A stretch of 64,000 nt of DNA from Bacilli bacterium. Lineage in GTDB: Bacteria; Bacillota_I; Bacilli_A; RF39; UBA660. Location: positions 2,584 through 66,583 of the forward strand of contig CAAGHJ010000014.1 in assembly GCA_900769635.1 (NCBI GenBank), given 5' to 3'. Under the pieces are notes generated by a model. That model saw only the letters and a program-made list of their open reading frames with translations, was not told the origin of the DNA and did not search any database. Positions 1 to 9,874 of this stretch are shown here, in pieces (position 1 is the stretch's first letter; each line of letters opens with the position of its first letter). Position numbers and translations under genes: made by a program.

Positions 1-1
1 A

Positions 2-658
2 GTAAAAATACCCAATCTATATAGAATAAGATTATCATCTATCGAAATAAACGAAATAACCCCCGAAATAATAAAATTAATTAAAACAAATCCCATTATG
101 GCCAAACATCTCCATATACCTCTCCAATCAGGAAGTAATCACATATTAAAAATGATGAATAGAAAATACAATGTAGACTATTACATAAATAAAATCAATG
201 AAATAAGAAAAGAAATACCCAATATATCTATTACAACAGATTTAATACTAGGCTTCCCAAATGAAACAGAAGAAAACTATCAAGAAACCCTAAATACCCT
301 AAATAAAATAAAATTCACTAAAATACACACTTTCCCATATTCAAGAAGAAAAGGAACATCAGCTGACAAAATGCCAAATCAAATCGATGGAAAAACAAAA
401 AAAGAAAGAGTAAGAGAAGTACTAGAACTATCAAATAAATATGAACAAGAATACTACACAAATAATCTAAATAAAGAATACGAAATATTAACCGAGGATC
501 ATAAAGATAAAACAATAGGCTATACAACAAACTATATTCCCATAGTGCTTCCAACTCATAAACCAAATAACCAAGTAATAAAAGTAACTTTAACTAAATT
601 AGATAAAGATACAAATCAAATTCTTGGTGAAATAAAAGAAGAAGTAGTAACTAAGTAA
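2..658 (+). CDS. MiaB-family radical-SAM methylthiotransferase (MtaB/RimO-like), C-terminal fragment; gene begins upstream of the window
   Basis: Frame is open from nt 2 with no stop. HLHIPLQSGS..ILKxMxR motif and a TRAM-like C-terminus are typical of the MiaB/MtaB family. Confidence 0.7.
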   Translation, partial: VKIPNLYRIRLSSIEINEITPEIIKLIKTNPIMAKHLHIPLQSGSNHILKMMNRKYNVDYYINKINEIRKEIPNISITTDLILGFPNETEENYQETLNTLNKIKFTKIHTFPYSRRKGTSADKMPNQIDGKTKKERVREVLELSNKYEQEYYTNNLNKEYEILTEDHKDKTIGYTTNYIPIVLPTHKPNNQVIKVTLTKLDKDTNQILGEIKEEVVTK

Positions 659-685
659 ATTAATAAGTAAAAAAATATAAATTCT

Positions 686-709
686 TACCCCCCCTTAGGG
701 CCCAAAAAA
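686..709 (+). repeat. GC mini-hairpin plus A-tract motif copy (TACCCCCCCTTAGGGCCCAAAAAA)
   Basis: Lies about 22 nt upstream of the -35 of the gyrB promoter. Confidence 0.4.
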
Positions 710-731
710 TACAAAAAAGTCCTAACTACCA

Positions 732-760
732 TTGATTGCCCCCCAAAATTGTGATAAAAT
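732..760 (+). promoter_or_regulatory. sigma-A-like promoter (TTGATT-17-TGaTAAAAT) upstream of the topoisomerase gene
   Basis: -35/-10 hexamers with extended TG, 30 nt upstream of the RBS. Confidence 0.4.
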
Positions 761-789
761 GTATTTTAGAAAGAGTGAGAGTGATATAA

Positions 790-2697
790 ATGAATAAAAG
801 TGAATATAACGAAAGTTCAATCAAAATATTAGAAGGATTAGAGGCCGTAAGAAAAAGACCCGGAATGTATATAGGTTCAACTGATAAAAGAGGCCTACAT
901 CACCTTGTTTGGGAAATAGTAGATAACTGTGTTGACGAAGCCCTAAACGGTTATGGCGATTACATAAAAATAGAAATGCACAAAGACGGATCAATAAGTG
1001 TAACTGACCGTGGCCGTGGAATACCAACAGGAATGCACCCTTCTGGCAAGTCCACTCCCGAAGTAATATACACAGTACTTCACGCCGGCGGTAAATTCTC
1101 TGATGGAGGATACAAAGTATCAGGAGGTCTTCACGGAGTAGGTGCTAGTGTCGTAAATGCCCTAAGCAGTTATATGGAAGTAACTACTCGTCGTAATAAA
1201 GAAGAATACTATATAAAATTTAGTAATGGTGGAAAAGTAGAAGTACCCCTTACCAAGATAGGTTCAACTACCAAAACAGGAACTACCGTAAAATTTAAGC
1301 CCGATAGCAGTATCTTTTCAGATACCAATTTCAGTTATTCCACAATATGTGAAAGAATGAGAGAATGTGCTTTTCTAATAAACGGTCTCACAATCGAAAT
1401 AATAAATGAAAATGATGGAAGAAGTGAAAAATACCAATACCAAAATGGCTTAGAAGCATTCTGTAAATATTTAAATGAAGATAAGACAACCCTTCACGAT
1501 ATACTATGCTTTGAAGGCAGTAAAGAAAAGATAAAAGTAAATGTTGCCTTACAATATACAGACAACTATTCAGAAAACATAATATCATTTGTAAATAACG
1601 TAAAAACATCTGATGGAGGTAGTCACGAAGTAGGTTTTAAAACCGCTATTACCAAAGTACTAAACGATTATGCTAAAGAAAACGGCTTTCTAAAAGGAAA
1701 AGACAAAAACTTTGAAGGAACCGATGTAAGAGAAGGACTAACAGCAATAATCGCCGTTCAAATACCTGAGAGTATTCTCCAATTTGAAGGCCAAACAAAG
1801 TCCAAACTAGGAACACCAATTGCTCGTAGTGTTGTTGAAGCAATTACTACCGAAAAATTAAAATTTTTCTTAGAAGAAAACAATGCCATTGCCACTAATA
1901 TAGTAACCAAAGCCCTAAAAGGAAAAGAAGCTCGTGAAGCCGCTCGTAAAGCCAAAGAAGAAACAAGAAAAGGCAAAGACAAAAGCAAACTAGAAAAAAT
2001 ACTAAGTGGTAAATTAACACCCGCTTTAAGCAAAAAATGGGAAGAAAAAGAACTATTTATAGTAGAAGGAGACTCTGCCGGAGGATCAGCTAAACAAGGA
2101 AGAGACCGTAGAACTCAAGCCATATTACCCCTTAGAGGAAAAGTAATAAATACGGAAAAAGCCAAAATAGAAGATATCTTTAAAAACGAAGAAATAAATA
2201 CCCTTATCCATACTATTGGAGCAGGCGTTGGAAATGATTTTGAAATAAAAGAAGCCCATTACGGAAAAGTAATAATAATGACCGATGCCGATGATGATGG
2301 TGCCCATATCCAGTGTTTACTATTAACATTCTTTTATAGATATATGCGTCCCCTTATTGAAGACGGAAGACTATTTATTGCAATGCCTCCATTATATAGA
2401 GTATTTTCTGCTGGAAAAGAAAAATATCTTTGGAGTAATGAAGAATTAAAAGAATATACAAAAGGCAAATCAAACTATAAAATACAAAGATACAAAGGAT
2501 TAGGTGAAATGAATGCTGACCAGTTATGTGATACAACAATGGATCCTAAAACAAGAAGTTTAATTAAAGTAAATATTACTGACGCTGCCCTTGCCGAAAA
2601 AAGAGTAAGTGTACTTATGGGTGATGCCGTTGAGCCAAGAAAAAATTGGATAAATGAAAATGTTGAGTTTTCTCTTGAAGACACCTACAAAATATAG
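790..2697 (+). CDS. gyrB: Type IIA topoisomerase ATPase subunit B (DNA gyrase GyrB or topo IV ParE)
   Basis: GHKL ATPase and TOPRIM motifs (PGMYIGST, EGDSAGGSAKQGRDR, QRYKGLGEMNADQL). No gyrA or parC is adjacent, so GyrB versus ParE cannot be resolved from context. Confidence 0.85.
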   Translation: MNKSEYNESSIKILEGLEAVRKRPGMYIGSTDKRGLHHLVWEIVDNCVDEALNGYGDYIKIEMHKDGSISVTDRGRGIPTGMHPSGKSTPEVIYTVLHAGGKFSDGGYKVSGGLHGVGASVVNALSSYMEVTTRRNKEEYYIKFSNGGKVEVPLTKIGSTTKTGTTVKFKPDSSIFSDTNFSYSTICERMRECAFLINGLTIEIINENDGRSEKYQYQNGLEAFCKYLNEDKTTLHDILCFEGSKEKIKVNVALQYTDNYSENIISFVNNVKTSDGGSHEVGFKTAITKVLNDYAKENGFLKGKDKNFEGTDVREGLTAIIAVQIPESILQFEGQTKSKLGTPIARSVVEAITTEKLKFFLEENNAIATNIVTKALKGKEAREAARKAKEETRKGKDKSKLEKILSGKLTPALSKKWEEKELFIVEGDSAGGSAKQGRDRRTQAILPLRGKVINTEKAKIEDIFKNEEINTLIHTIGAGVGNDFEIKEAHYGKVIIMTDADDDGAHIQCLLLTFFYRYMRPLIEDGRLFIAMPPLYRVFSAGKEKYLWSNEELKEYTKGKSNYKIQRYKGLGEMNADQLCDTTMDPKTRSLIKVNITDAALAEKRVSVLMGDAVEPRKNWINENVEFSLEDTYKI

Positions 2698-2920
2698 AAT
2701 TTATTACATCTAAGTTTACATATAACAAAAAAATTATAAAATTTCCAAAAATCCCATTTTTCTCGTAATTATGACCATTTTCTCTTGAAATAACACTCCT
2801 GAAATGTAAAGTTTGTGTAAAGTATCTAGTCAAACGTATAAATAAATGATATACTGAACTAGAAATGATACAAAGAGGATAAACGTGTCATTTCATTTAA
2901 AAACGAAAGCGGGGAATAAT

Positions 2921-5422
2921 ATGGGAAAAGCGAGTAAATTTATGAAAGTATTTATAGTTATATGTATGATCATTACACAATTATCGCCTACCATTAGTGT
3001 GTTTGCAGATACAACCACTATGCAAGACGTAGACGTAAATGTTGATGTAGCAAACGATAACTATACAATTACAGCCACAGATTTAGTTGTAAATCCAGAA
3101 GAAACCTATAGTATTGATTTAGTTGCTGAATTTATATACCAAAATGGTGAAGTTATCTATGCAAACGCTAATAAACCATATACTATTCAAAATATATTGG
3201 GTAGTGAGTTATTAGCGGGATATAAAATTAGTAATTTCAGTTCTATAGTAAGTACACTAGGATTTAACAATTGGACAGCTGGTTATGCGTATCAAGAAGA
3301 AAATGGTGAAACCATTTACTATAATGGTACATATAAGTTTACAGTTACAATTAAAAATAACAAAAATGAAGAAATAAGTATAGTCGAAACAACTAATAAA
3401 ATAGAAAGTGATATAACTGAAAAAACAGGATATACATACTATGCTTATGAAACAAACGATGGTGTAGTTGGAAATATAACAAATGACCAAGAACCAATCA
3501 ATTTAGGTGAAACTACGGAACAAATAACATTATATGGAAATCTTTATGAACCAAATGATGCTCCCCATACAATCTATAAAGTAAGTGGAGCAGGATATGA
3601 TGAAAGTAGAACATATACAAACTATCAGTTATTCAATGAAGACGGGATAATAACTTATAACTTTAAAGATAAACTACCAGGAACATACACATATAATGAA
3701 GTAGTAACCCTAACAAAAGAGGACGGAACTAGTGTTTCTTATCCCAAAGTATTAAAATTTAGGTATGGAACAAATTTAGATAGCATCCTTTCAAATGGAG
3801 AATATACATTTAAAGACGGTCTACTAATAACTGAAGGTTCATATAATAGTGTAATAAAAACTCGTAAAGGTTTAGTAGATTATGTAACAAATATAATAAA
3901 TAATAGTAACTATAATGTGTCCATAGTTAACCAATCAAATTTAAATGTATATGATGAATCAGCCCTAACAACAGATGATAAATTAATAATAACATCATTA
4001 ACAGATGAAAGCTATAATGAAACTTATAATGTTATAGTAAAATACGATTATGATAATGATGGACAAGTTACATACTCTGACTTAGAAAACATTATTAATG
4101 AAAAACTAGGAAATAAAGAAGTATCAAAACAAACAAATTTAGGAGATGCATCTCAAAATCCAACTAAAGACACCATAACAAACGTCCAAAAGAAAATAGA
4201 TAATGTTACAAATATTACAGAACCAACTAGTCCACTAGAAATAACAACTTCTAGTGCAAGTGAAGTAATAAACGGAGAAGAACTACGAGTAACATACAAA
4301 TTAAACGGCAAAACAGATACAATTTCAGGAATAAATGGAACCCTAAATTACGATAAAGAAAATCTAACCCTAACAGATATTATCGTAAGTGATACCCTAT
4401 CGGGAGCCATTAATACAAATACAGGTGAATTTCAGTACGTTGGTAATATAAATAATGGCGATGTACTAACCCTTGTATTTAAAACTAAAAAACCAGTTGA
4501 TAGTACAAATATAAGTATAAATAACTTAGAAATAAATAAATACGATTATACTTATAATTTAACAAATAATTCAAACTTAACATCAAATATTAAAATAAAG
4601 AAATCAAATAATGCTTATTTAAAAACCCTAACTATTAAAGAAGCAGAAATAAATTTCCAAAAAGATGTATTTGAATACAATATAACCATACCAACTGATG
4701 TAGATAAATTAACCATAAATTATGATGCTGAAATTGGTACATCATTAATTACATATAATAGTGATGATAACGGTAACTTTAAAATAAATGAAACCAAAAC
4801 ACTATATATAACTGTTTTAGCCGAAGACAATGTTACTGAACATACTTACAAAATAAACGTAACAAAAAAACAATCAAATGATAATAATATAAATGATATT
4901 AAAACAGATAAAGGCAATTTAAATTTTGATGGAAATAAACAAAGTTATACTGTAAATGTTGATGCAAATACCGACCATTTAGATTTAAATATAGTACTTA
5001 GAAATAACAAAGCAACATACACCATACTCGGAAATAGTAACTTTAAAGCCGGATTAAACCTTGTTACTATAAGAGTAGTTGCCGAAGATGGAACAATAAA
5101 AGAGTATTATATTAGTGTAAATAAAGCATCATCAGGTGTTGAACAAGGAAATACCACAACACCCACTAATAATAATGGTAATCAAAATCCTACCCAAACT
5201 CAAAATATTGCCGAAGAAGTAGTAGAAACCAAAACTGAAGACATCCAAAAATATACAAACGTTGATGATAAAGACAAAACAAGCAAAAAAGATAAAACAA
5301 AAATTAAAGAAGAGGATGCTGGAATTTCTCATATTATAATAATTATTTTAATACTACTTGTAATTGCTGGATTAATATATCTAATATTTAAAGATGATGA
5401 GGACGAAAAAAAACAAAAATAA
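2921..5422 (+). CDS. Large secreted N/T-rich surface protein with cadherin-like beta-sandwich repeats and a C-terminal TM anchor
   Basis: N-terminal signal peptide (MGKASKFMKVFIVICMIITQLSPTISVFA). Two YKINVTKK / YYISVNKA cadherin-like modules. C-terminal hydrophobic helix plus KDDEDEKKQK tail. No LPXTG. Confidence 0.6.
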   Translation: MGKASKFMKVFIVICMIITQLSPTISVFADTTTMQDVDVNVDVANDNYTITATDLVVNPEETYSIDLVAEFIYQNGEVIYANANKPYTIQNILGSELLAGYKISNFSSIVSTLGFNNWTAGYAYQEENGETIYYNGTYKFTVTIKNNKNEEISIVETTNKIESDITEKTGYTYYAYETNDGVVGNITNDQEPINLGETTEQITLYGNLYEPNDAPHTIYKVSGAGYDESRTYTNYQLFNEDGIITYNFKDKLPGTYTYNEVVTLTKEDGTSVSYPKVLKFRYGTNLDSILSNGEYTFKDGLLITEGSYNSVIKTRKGLVDYVTNIINNSNYNVSIVNQSNLNVYDESALTTDDKLIITSLTDESYNETYNVIVKYDYDNDGQVTYSDLENIINEKLGNKEVSKQTNLGDASQNPTKDTITNVQKKIDNVTNITEPTSPLEITTSSASEVINGEELRVTYKLNGKTDTISGINGTLNYDKENLTLTDIIVSDTLSGAINTNTGEFQYVGNINNGDVLTLVFKTKKPVDSTNISINNLEINKYDYTYNLTNNSNLTSNIKIKKSNNAYLKTLTIKEAEINFQKDVFEYNITIPTDVDKLTINYDAEIGTSLITYNSDDNGNFKINETKTLYITVLAEDNVTEHTYKINVTKKQSNDNNINDIKTDKGNLNFDGNKQSYTVNVDANTDHLDLNIVLRNNKATYTILGNSNFKAGLNLVTIRVVAEDGTIKEYYISVNKASSGVEQGNTTTPTNNNGNQNPTQTQNIAEEVVETKTEDIQKYTNVDDKDKTSKKDKTKIKEEDAGISHIIIIILILLVIAGLIYLIFKDDEDEKKQK

Positions 5423-5457
5423 GAAACCATTAACTGATTATAAAAATTTCTATATTT

Positions 5458-5496
5458 AAAGAAACAAATACTCAGTTTAATGAGTTTCTTTTTTTC
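5458..5496 (+). terminator. rho-independent terminator after the surface protein gene
   Basis: AAAGAAAC...GTTTCTTT stem followed by a T-run. Confidence 0.5.
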
Positions 5497-5526
5497 TTGC
5501 ATTATCTATAACAAATGTGTTAAAAT
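5497..5526 (+). promoter_or_regulatory. sigma-A-like promoter (TTGCAT-18-TGtTAAAAT) for uvrB
   Basis: Hexamers with extended -10. No GAAC-N4-GTTC LexA box seen. Confidence 0.35.
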
Positions 5527-5556
5527 ATATATAAACACGAAAGGAGTGTATTACAA

Positions 5557-7509
5557 ATGTTTGAATTAGTATCAAAATTTAATCCTAGTGGTGACCAACC
5601 CGAAGCCATAAAAAAATTAGTAGATGGAATAAAAAATGGGGAAAAAGAACAAGTACTACTAGGAGCAACCGGAACAGGAAAAACCTTTACCATAGCAAAT
5701 GTCATAAAGGAAGTAAATAAACCAACCCTAGTTCTTGCCCATAATAAAACCCTTGCAGGACAGTTATACTCCGAATTCAAAGAACTATTTCCGAATAATC
5801 ACGTATGCTATTTTGTATCATATTACGATTACTACCAGCCCGAAGCCTATGTACCAAGTACAGATACATATATAGAAAAAGATAGTAGTATTAATGATGA
5901 AATAGACGAATTAAGACATTATGCAACATCATCATTAATATCAAATAAAGATGTAATAGTAGTTTCCTCCGTATCTTGTATATATGGAATAGGAGAACCC
6001 GAAGAATATAAAAACAAAATGTTAACCCTTGCTATAAATGAAGATATAGAAAGAGATTATGTATTAAAAAAATTAGTAGATATGTTATATGAAAGAAATG
6101 ATATTGATTTAAAAAGAGGCACATTTCGTGCTAAAGGTGATGTCATAGAAATAATACCAGCCTCTGAAAGAAAAAGTGGAATAATGATAGAATTTTTTGG
6201 AGATACCATAGATAGAATAAGCGAATTTGATACCCTAACCGGAAAAATAATTAGAAACAAAAAATCAGTAAGTATCTTCCCAGCCTCTCACTTTGTAACC
6301 AGTGATGAAAAATTAGAAAAAGCCATTCAAAATATTAAAGAAGAACTAGAAGAACGCTTAAAATATTTTAAAGAAAATAATAAATTAATTGAGGAACAAA
6401 GATTAAGAGAACGAACCAATTACGATATAGAAATGCTTAAAGAAACAGGATTTTGTAGTGGAATAGAAAACTATTCTCGTCATATTGCTCTAAGAAAAGA
6501 AGGAGAAACACCCACGACGTTGATAGACTTTTTTGGAAAAGATTTTCTACTTGTAATAGACGAATCCCACGTGACTATACCCCAAGTAAAAGCAATGTAT
6601 AATGGAGATAGAGCTAGAAAACAAAATCTTGTAGATTATGGGTTCCGTCTTCCATCAGCTCTCGATAATAGACCCTTGAAATTTACCGAGTTTGAAGAAA
6701 AAGTAAACGATGTAATATACGTTTCTGCCACACCAGGAGATTATGAAATGGAAAAAGTACATAATAAAGTGGTAGAACAAATAATAAGACCAACCGGATT
6801 ATTAGACCCAACTATTGAAGTAAAACCAACTAAAAATCAAATTGATGATTTAGTTGAAGAAATAAATAAACGCATCGAACAAAACGAACGCATACTCATA
6901 ACAACCCTCACTATAAGAATGGCCGAAGAATTAACTGATTACTTAAAAAATATTGATATCAAAGTAGCATATCTTCATAGTGAAGTAAAAACCCTCCAAA
7001 GACTAAAAATAATTCACGATTTACGTTGTGGAATATATGATGTAGTAGTAGGAATAAATCTTTTGAGAGAAGGAATAGATATTCCTGAAGTATCCCTTAT
7101 AGCAATAATGGATGCCGACAAACAAGGATTTTTAAGAAGTACACGAAGTTTGATCCAAACAATTGGCCGTTGTGCAAGAAATAGTAAAGGCCACGTTATA
7201 ATGTATGCCGATACCATTACAGATAGTATGAATGAAGCCATAACAGAAACAAAAAGAAGAAGAACTATCCAAGAAGAATATAACAATAAGCACGGAATTA
7301 TACCAAAAACAATTATGAAAGAAATACGTGATGTCATAAGTAATGAAGACAGTACTAAAGAAAAAGAACAAAAAACAGTTCTAACTAAGGCTGAAACCCA
7401 AAAAATGATAGTAAATTTAACTAAGGAAATGAAAGAAGCAGCAAGTCATCTAGACTTCGAAAAAGCAACCGAATTAAGGGATATTATCTTTGAATTAAAA
7501 TCCAACTAA
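5557..7509 (+). CDS. uvrB: Excinuclease ABC subunit B
   Basis: Walker A GATGTGKT, beta-hairpin [10 protein letters not shown], helicase motifs, C-terminal UVR domain. Confidence 0.95.
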   Translation: MFELVSKFNPSGDQPEAIKKLVDGIKNGEKEQVLLGATGTGKTFTIANVIKEVNKPTLVLAHNKTLAGQLYSEFKELFPNNHVCYFVSYYDYYQPEAYVPSTDTYIEKDSSINDEIDELRHYATSSLISNKDVIVVSSVSCIYGIGEPEEYKNKMLTLAINEDIERDYVLKKLVDMLYERNDIDLKRGTFRAKGDVIEIIPASERKSGIMIEFFGDTIDRISEFDTLTGKIIRNKKSVSIFPASHFVTSDEKLEKAIQNIKEELEERLKYFKENNKLIEEQRLRERTNYDIEMLKETGFCSGIENYSRHIALRKEGETPTTLIDFFGKDFLLVIDESHVTIPQVKAMYNGDRARKQNLVDYGFRLPSALDNRPLKFTEFEEKVNDVIYVSATPGDYEMEKVHNKVVEQIIRPTGLLDPTIEVKPTKNQIDDLVEEINKRIEQNERILITTLTIRMAEELTDYLKNIDIKVAYLHSEVKTLQRLKIIHDLRCGIYDVVVGINLLREGIDIPEVSLIAIMDADKQGFLRSTRSLIQTIGRCARNSKGHVIMYADTITDSMNEAITETKRRRTIQEEYNNKHGIIPKTIMKEIRDVISNEDSTKEKEQKTVLTKAETQKMIVNLTKEMKEAASHLDFEKATELRDIIFELKSN

Positions 7510-7556
7510 GATGATATTCTTTTTTGTTAAAAAACTCAAAAAATGAAACAAATGTA

Positions 7557-7585
7557 TTGACAAATCAAAAAAATAGTAATACAAT
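7557..7585 (+). promoter_or_regulatory. sigma-A-like promoter TTGACA-17-TACAAT
   Basis: Consensus -35 with near-consensus -10, upstream of the 7650 gene. Confidence 0.4.
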
Positions 7586-7649
7586 ATACAAGCAAGTTTA
7601 AAAAAGCCAACTAGTAAGACGAATCCTAGCAAATAAGGAGGTAATAAAT

Positions 7650-8606
7650 ATGAGAAAAAACAATGAAGAAATAATACAAAAAGAACAAGAATTAATAAAA
7701 AGTATAAATAACTTAAATAATAGTATCAATCAAAAGAAAACAGATATTGAGGAATTAGAAGTTACTCCCAAAATGAAATTTATAAGAGAACAAATAAAAG
7801 TATTAAAAGAAAAAAAATCTTTACTCAAAAAAGATGCTCGAAAGGACCCAGCATTTATGTCAACTAATGAAATAATACTATCACTAGGAGTAGCCCTTAT
7901 GATTACATCATTAATTGTTATTTTCCTAAAAAATCCAGTATTATATGCAGCAATAGTTATACCAACAACTATTGGAGCTATTAAGTTTCGAAAAAATATT
8001 AATTGGATTTTAAAATATTTTATAACAGATGTCAAGATGAATAGATTATCAGTAATTAATAACATTCTTACAAAAATAAGAAAAAATATGACAAAGAAAA
8101 TTACAAAAGAACACTATAATGAGTTACATAGATACGAAAAAATTAAAGAATTAAACATAAATGAGTTAGTAGAATTAAAAGAAAAACAACTAGAAACATA
8201 CAATAAAGAAAAAGAAAGAAGAGAAGAAGTAACAACTCTTGAAAAAGCCATAAATCTCATAGATACAATTGTCCTTAATAAAAGTTTCAAAAAAAATATA
8301 GAAGATATTAATAATGTTTCTTTAATGCTAAGTGGATATGTTAAAACATTAGATATACCAGTTCAATTAGAATTAACTGAAAGAATAGCATTCCATTATG
8401 AAAATGCTATAAAATTAGCTATAGAAAGTGGTGACTTAGACAAAATGACACTAAGAACAATTCATCATTCTTATATAACCAACATTTTACTAAATAACGG
8501 ATTATCAGTAAAAGAAATAAAAGAAAGTAAAAATATAACAGATACACTTATAAAAACATTACAAAAAGAACCAGTTAAATCAAAGACAAGAACAAAACAG
8601 AGGTAA
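7650..8606 (+). CDS. Hypothetical coiled-coil protein with a central transmembrane hairpin
   Basis: Strong RBS. Long K/E-rich coiled coils flank two hydrophobic helices. Shares an LIDTI(V/Y)L..SF..NI segment with the next ORF. Confidence 0.5.
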   Translation: MRKNNEEIIQKEQELIKSINNLNNSINQKKTDIEELEVTPKMKFIREQIKVLKEKKSLLKKDARKDPAFMSTNEIILSLGVALMITSLIVIFLKNPVLYAAIVIPTTIGAIKFRKNINWILKYFITDVKMNRLSVINNILTKIRKNMTKKITKEHYNELHRYEKIKELNINELVELKEKQLETYNKEKERREEVTTLEKAINLIDTIVLNKSFKKNIEDINNVSLMLSGYVKTLDIPVQLELTERIAFHYENAIKLAIESGDLDKMTLRTIHHSYITNILLNNGLSVKEIKESKNITDTLIKTLQKEPVKSKTRTKQR

Positions 8607-8608
8607 AA

Positions 8609-9175
8609 ATGAAAGAACTAAAAATTATAAAGTTACTAAAAAAATTAATTTTTAAACAAAAACTAACAGCAGAAGAAAATACAATCTCCCAAATTACAAG
8701 TCCTGAGGAAACAATAACATCAGTAAATAATCAAGTACATTCAGTAAATTCAAACCCAAATTATGATACCATAGATAAAATACAAACACTAGCTAATAAT
8801 TTACATTCAGAAGACCAAGAAAAATTAAAAAACATAATTCTTTTAATAGATACAATCTATCTAGAAGAAAGTTTTGCCGAAAACATAAAATATCTAGAAG
8901 AAATAAATGACCAAATTAGTAAAATAACAACTAACTTCAATCCCCAAAATAAAAAACAAATAGAAACAAAAATAACTGAAAAATACCAAGAAGCAATACA
9001 GGAATCCATTTTAAATAAAGACTTTGAAGAAAAAGTACTAAGAAAAATACCTACAAAATATATAATAAATATCTTTATGAAAAACAGTTCTACCGAAATA
9101 ACAGATCCATATAAAATAGTTGCCAAAAAAGTAGAAGAAGAACATACAAAAATGAAAGTACTAGGCCATTTCTAG
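8609..9175 (+). CDS. Hypothetical protein sharing a domain with the upstream 318-aa protein
   Basis: Translationally coupled, starting 3 nt after the upstream stop. Shared LLIDTIYLEESFAENI motif. Confidence 0.45.
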   Translation: MKELKIIKLLKKLIFKQKLTAEENTISQITSPEETITSVNNQVHSVNSNPNYDTIDKIQTLANNLHSEDQEKLKNIILLIDTIYLEESFAENIKYLEEINDQISKITTNFNPQNKKQIETKITEKYQEAIQESILNKDFEEKVLRKIPTKYIINIFMKNSSTEITDPYKIVAKKVEEEHTKMKVLGHF

Positions 9176-9248
9176 TATTTTTTTCTTTTTCAAAAGCCTT
9201 GCAATTAAATTTAACTTATGATATCATTATATTAGAAAAAATAAAGAG

Positions 9249-9818
9249 GTGACCATAGTGAAAGATCAAACCGATAAAAAAAATATGTATTATATAATAA
9301 TGCTCGTAATGACACTAATAATAATGCTAATAGGAGTAACATTTGCCCTTTATGGAATGCTAAAGTCCGCCGAAAAAGATTCCACTAAACTATATACCGG
9401 TAAAATAGAAATCAATTACAAAGACGGAACCTATATCAAAAATCCCAATTTATGGCCAACTACCGAACCATCTTTCTATGTAACATCGGATAAAGTATAC
9501 AAAAATAACTTTTCAGTAATAAGTAGTAGCACTATTGACCAAACAATAGACATAAAATTAAATATAAAAATTAACGAATTCTCTAATGATACCCTAAAAT
9601 ATGCCCTTTATAACTCCAAAGGAGATAAACTAAATACTGGAACTATTCCAAATACCGGAAGCATTACAATTTTATCAAATAACTATCTAGCCAAAGATGC
9701 AGTCGCCGACTACACACTAATAATATGGCTTGATGAAAAAAACTATAATCAAAATAACGAACAAGGAAAAAAAATACAAGCCACTATTGAAGTAAATGCA
9801 CAGCAAATCAAATACTAA
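9249..9818 (+). CDS. Hypothetical membrane-anchored extracytoplasmic protein
   Basis: RBS AAGAGGTG. Single N-terminal TM helix followed by a beta-rich Y/N/T-rich domain. Confidence 0.45.
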   Translation: MTIVKDQTDKKNMYYIIMLVMTLIIMLIGVTFALYGMLKSAEKDSTKLYTGKIEINYKDGTYIKNPNLWPTTEPSFYVTSDKVYKNNFSVISSSTIDQTIDIKLNIKINEFSNDTLKYALYNSKGDKLNTGTIPNTGSITILSNNYLAKDAVADYTLIIWLDEKNYNQNNEQGKKIQATIEVNAQQIKY

Positions 9819-9840
9819 GATTTGCTTTTTTCTTTTCTTT

Positions 9841-9851
9841 ATGGTATAATA
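9841..9851 (+). promoter_or_regulatory. Extended -10 element TGGTATAAT
   Basis: Perfect TGnTATAAT 24 nt upstream of the 9875 start. Confidence 0.35.
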
Positions 9852-9874
9852 CCTTCCTGCTAAGGAGGAAAAAT

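Noticed and set aside
318-566. 82-aa minus-strand ORF inside the MiaB-family gene
   Set aside because: It is antisense to a well-supported CDS. Its low-complexity L/F/Y-rich translation is typical of AT-rich antisense frames.
686-709. Interpreting the GC-hairpin plus A-run elements as intrinsic terminators
   Set aside because: The A-run follows the stem on the + strand, so a T-run would precede the stem on the minus strand. Neither orientation gives hairpin-then-U-tract. The downstream-strand genes are also + oriented.
790-2697. Calling this topoisomerase definitively gyrB
   Set aside because: Gram-positive GyrB and ParE are similar in length and motifs, and no gyrA or parC is adjacent. I kept the call as GyrB/ParE, with gyrB as the tentative symbol.
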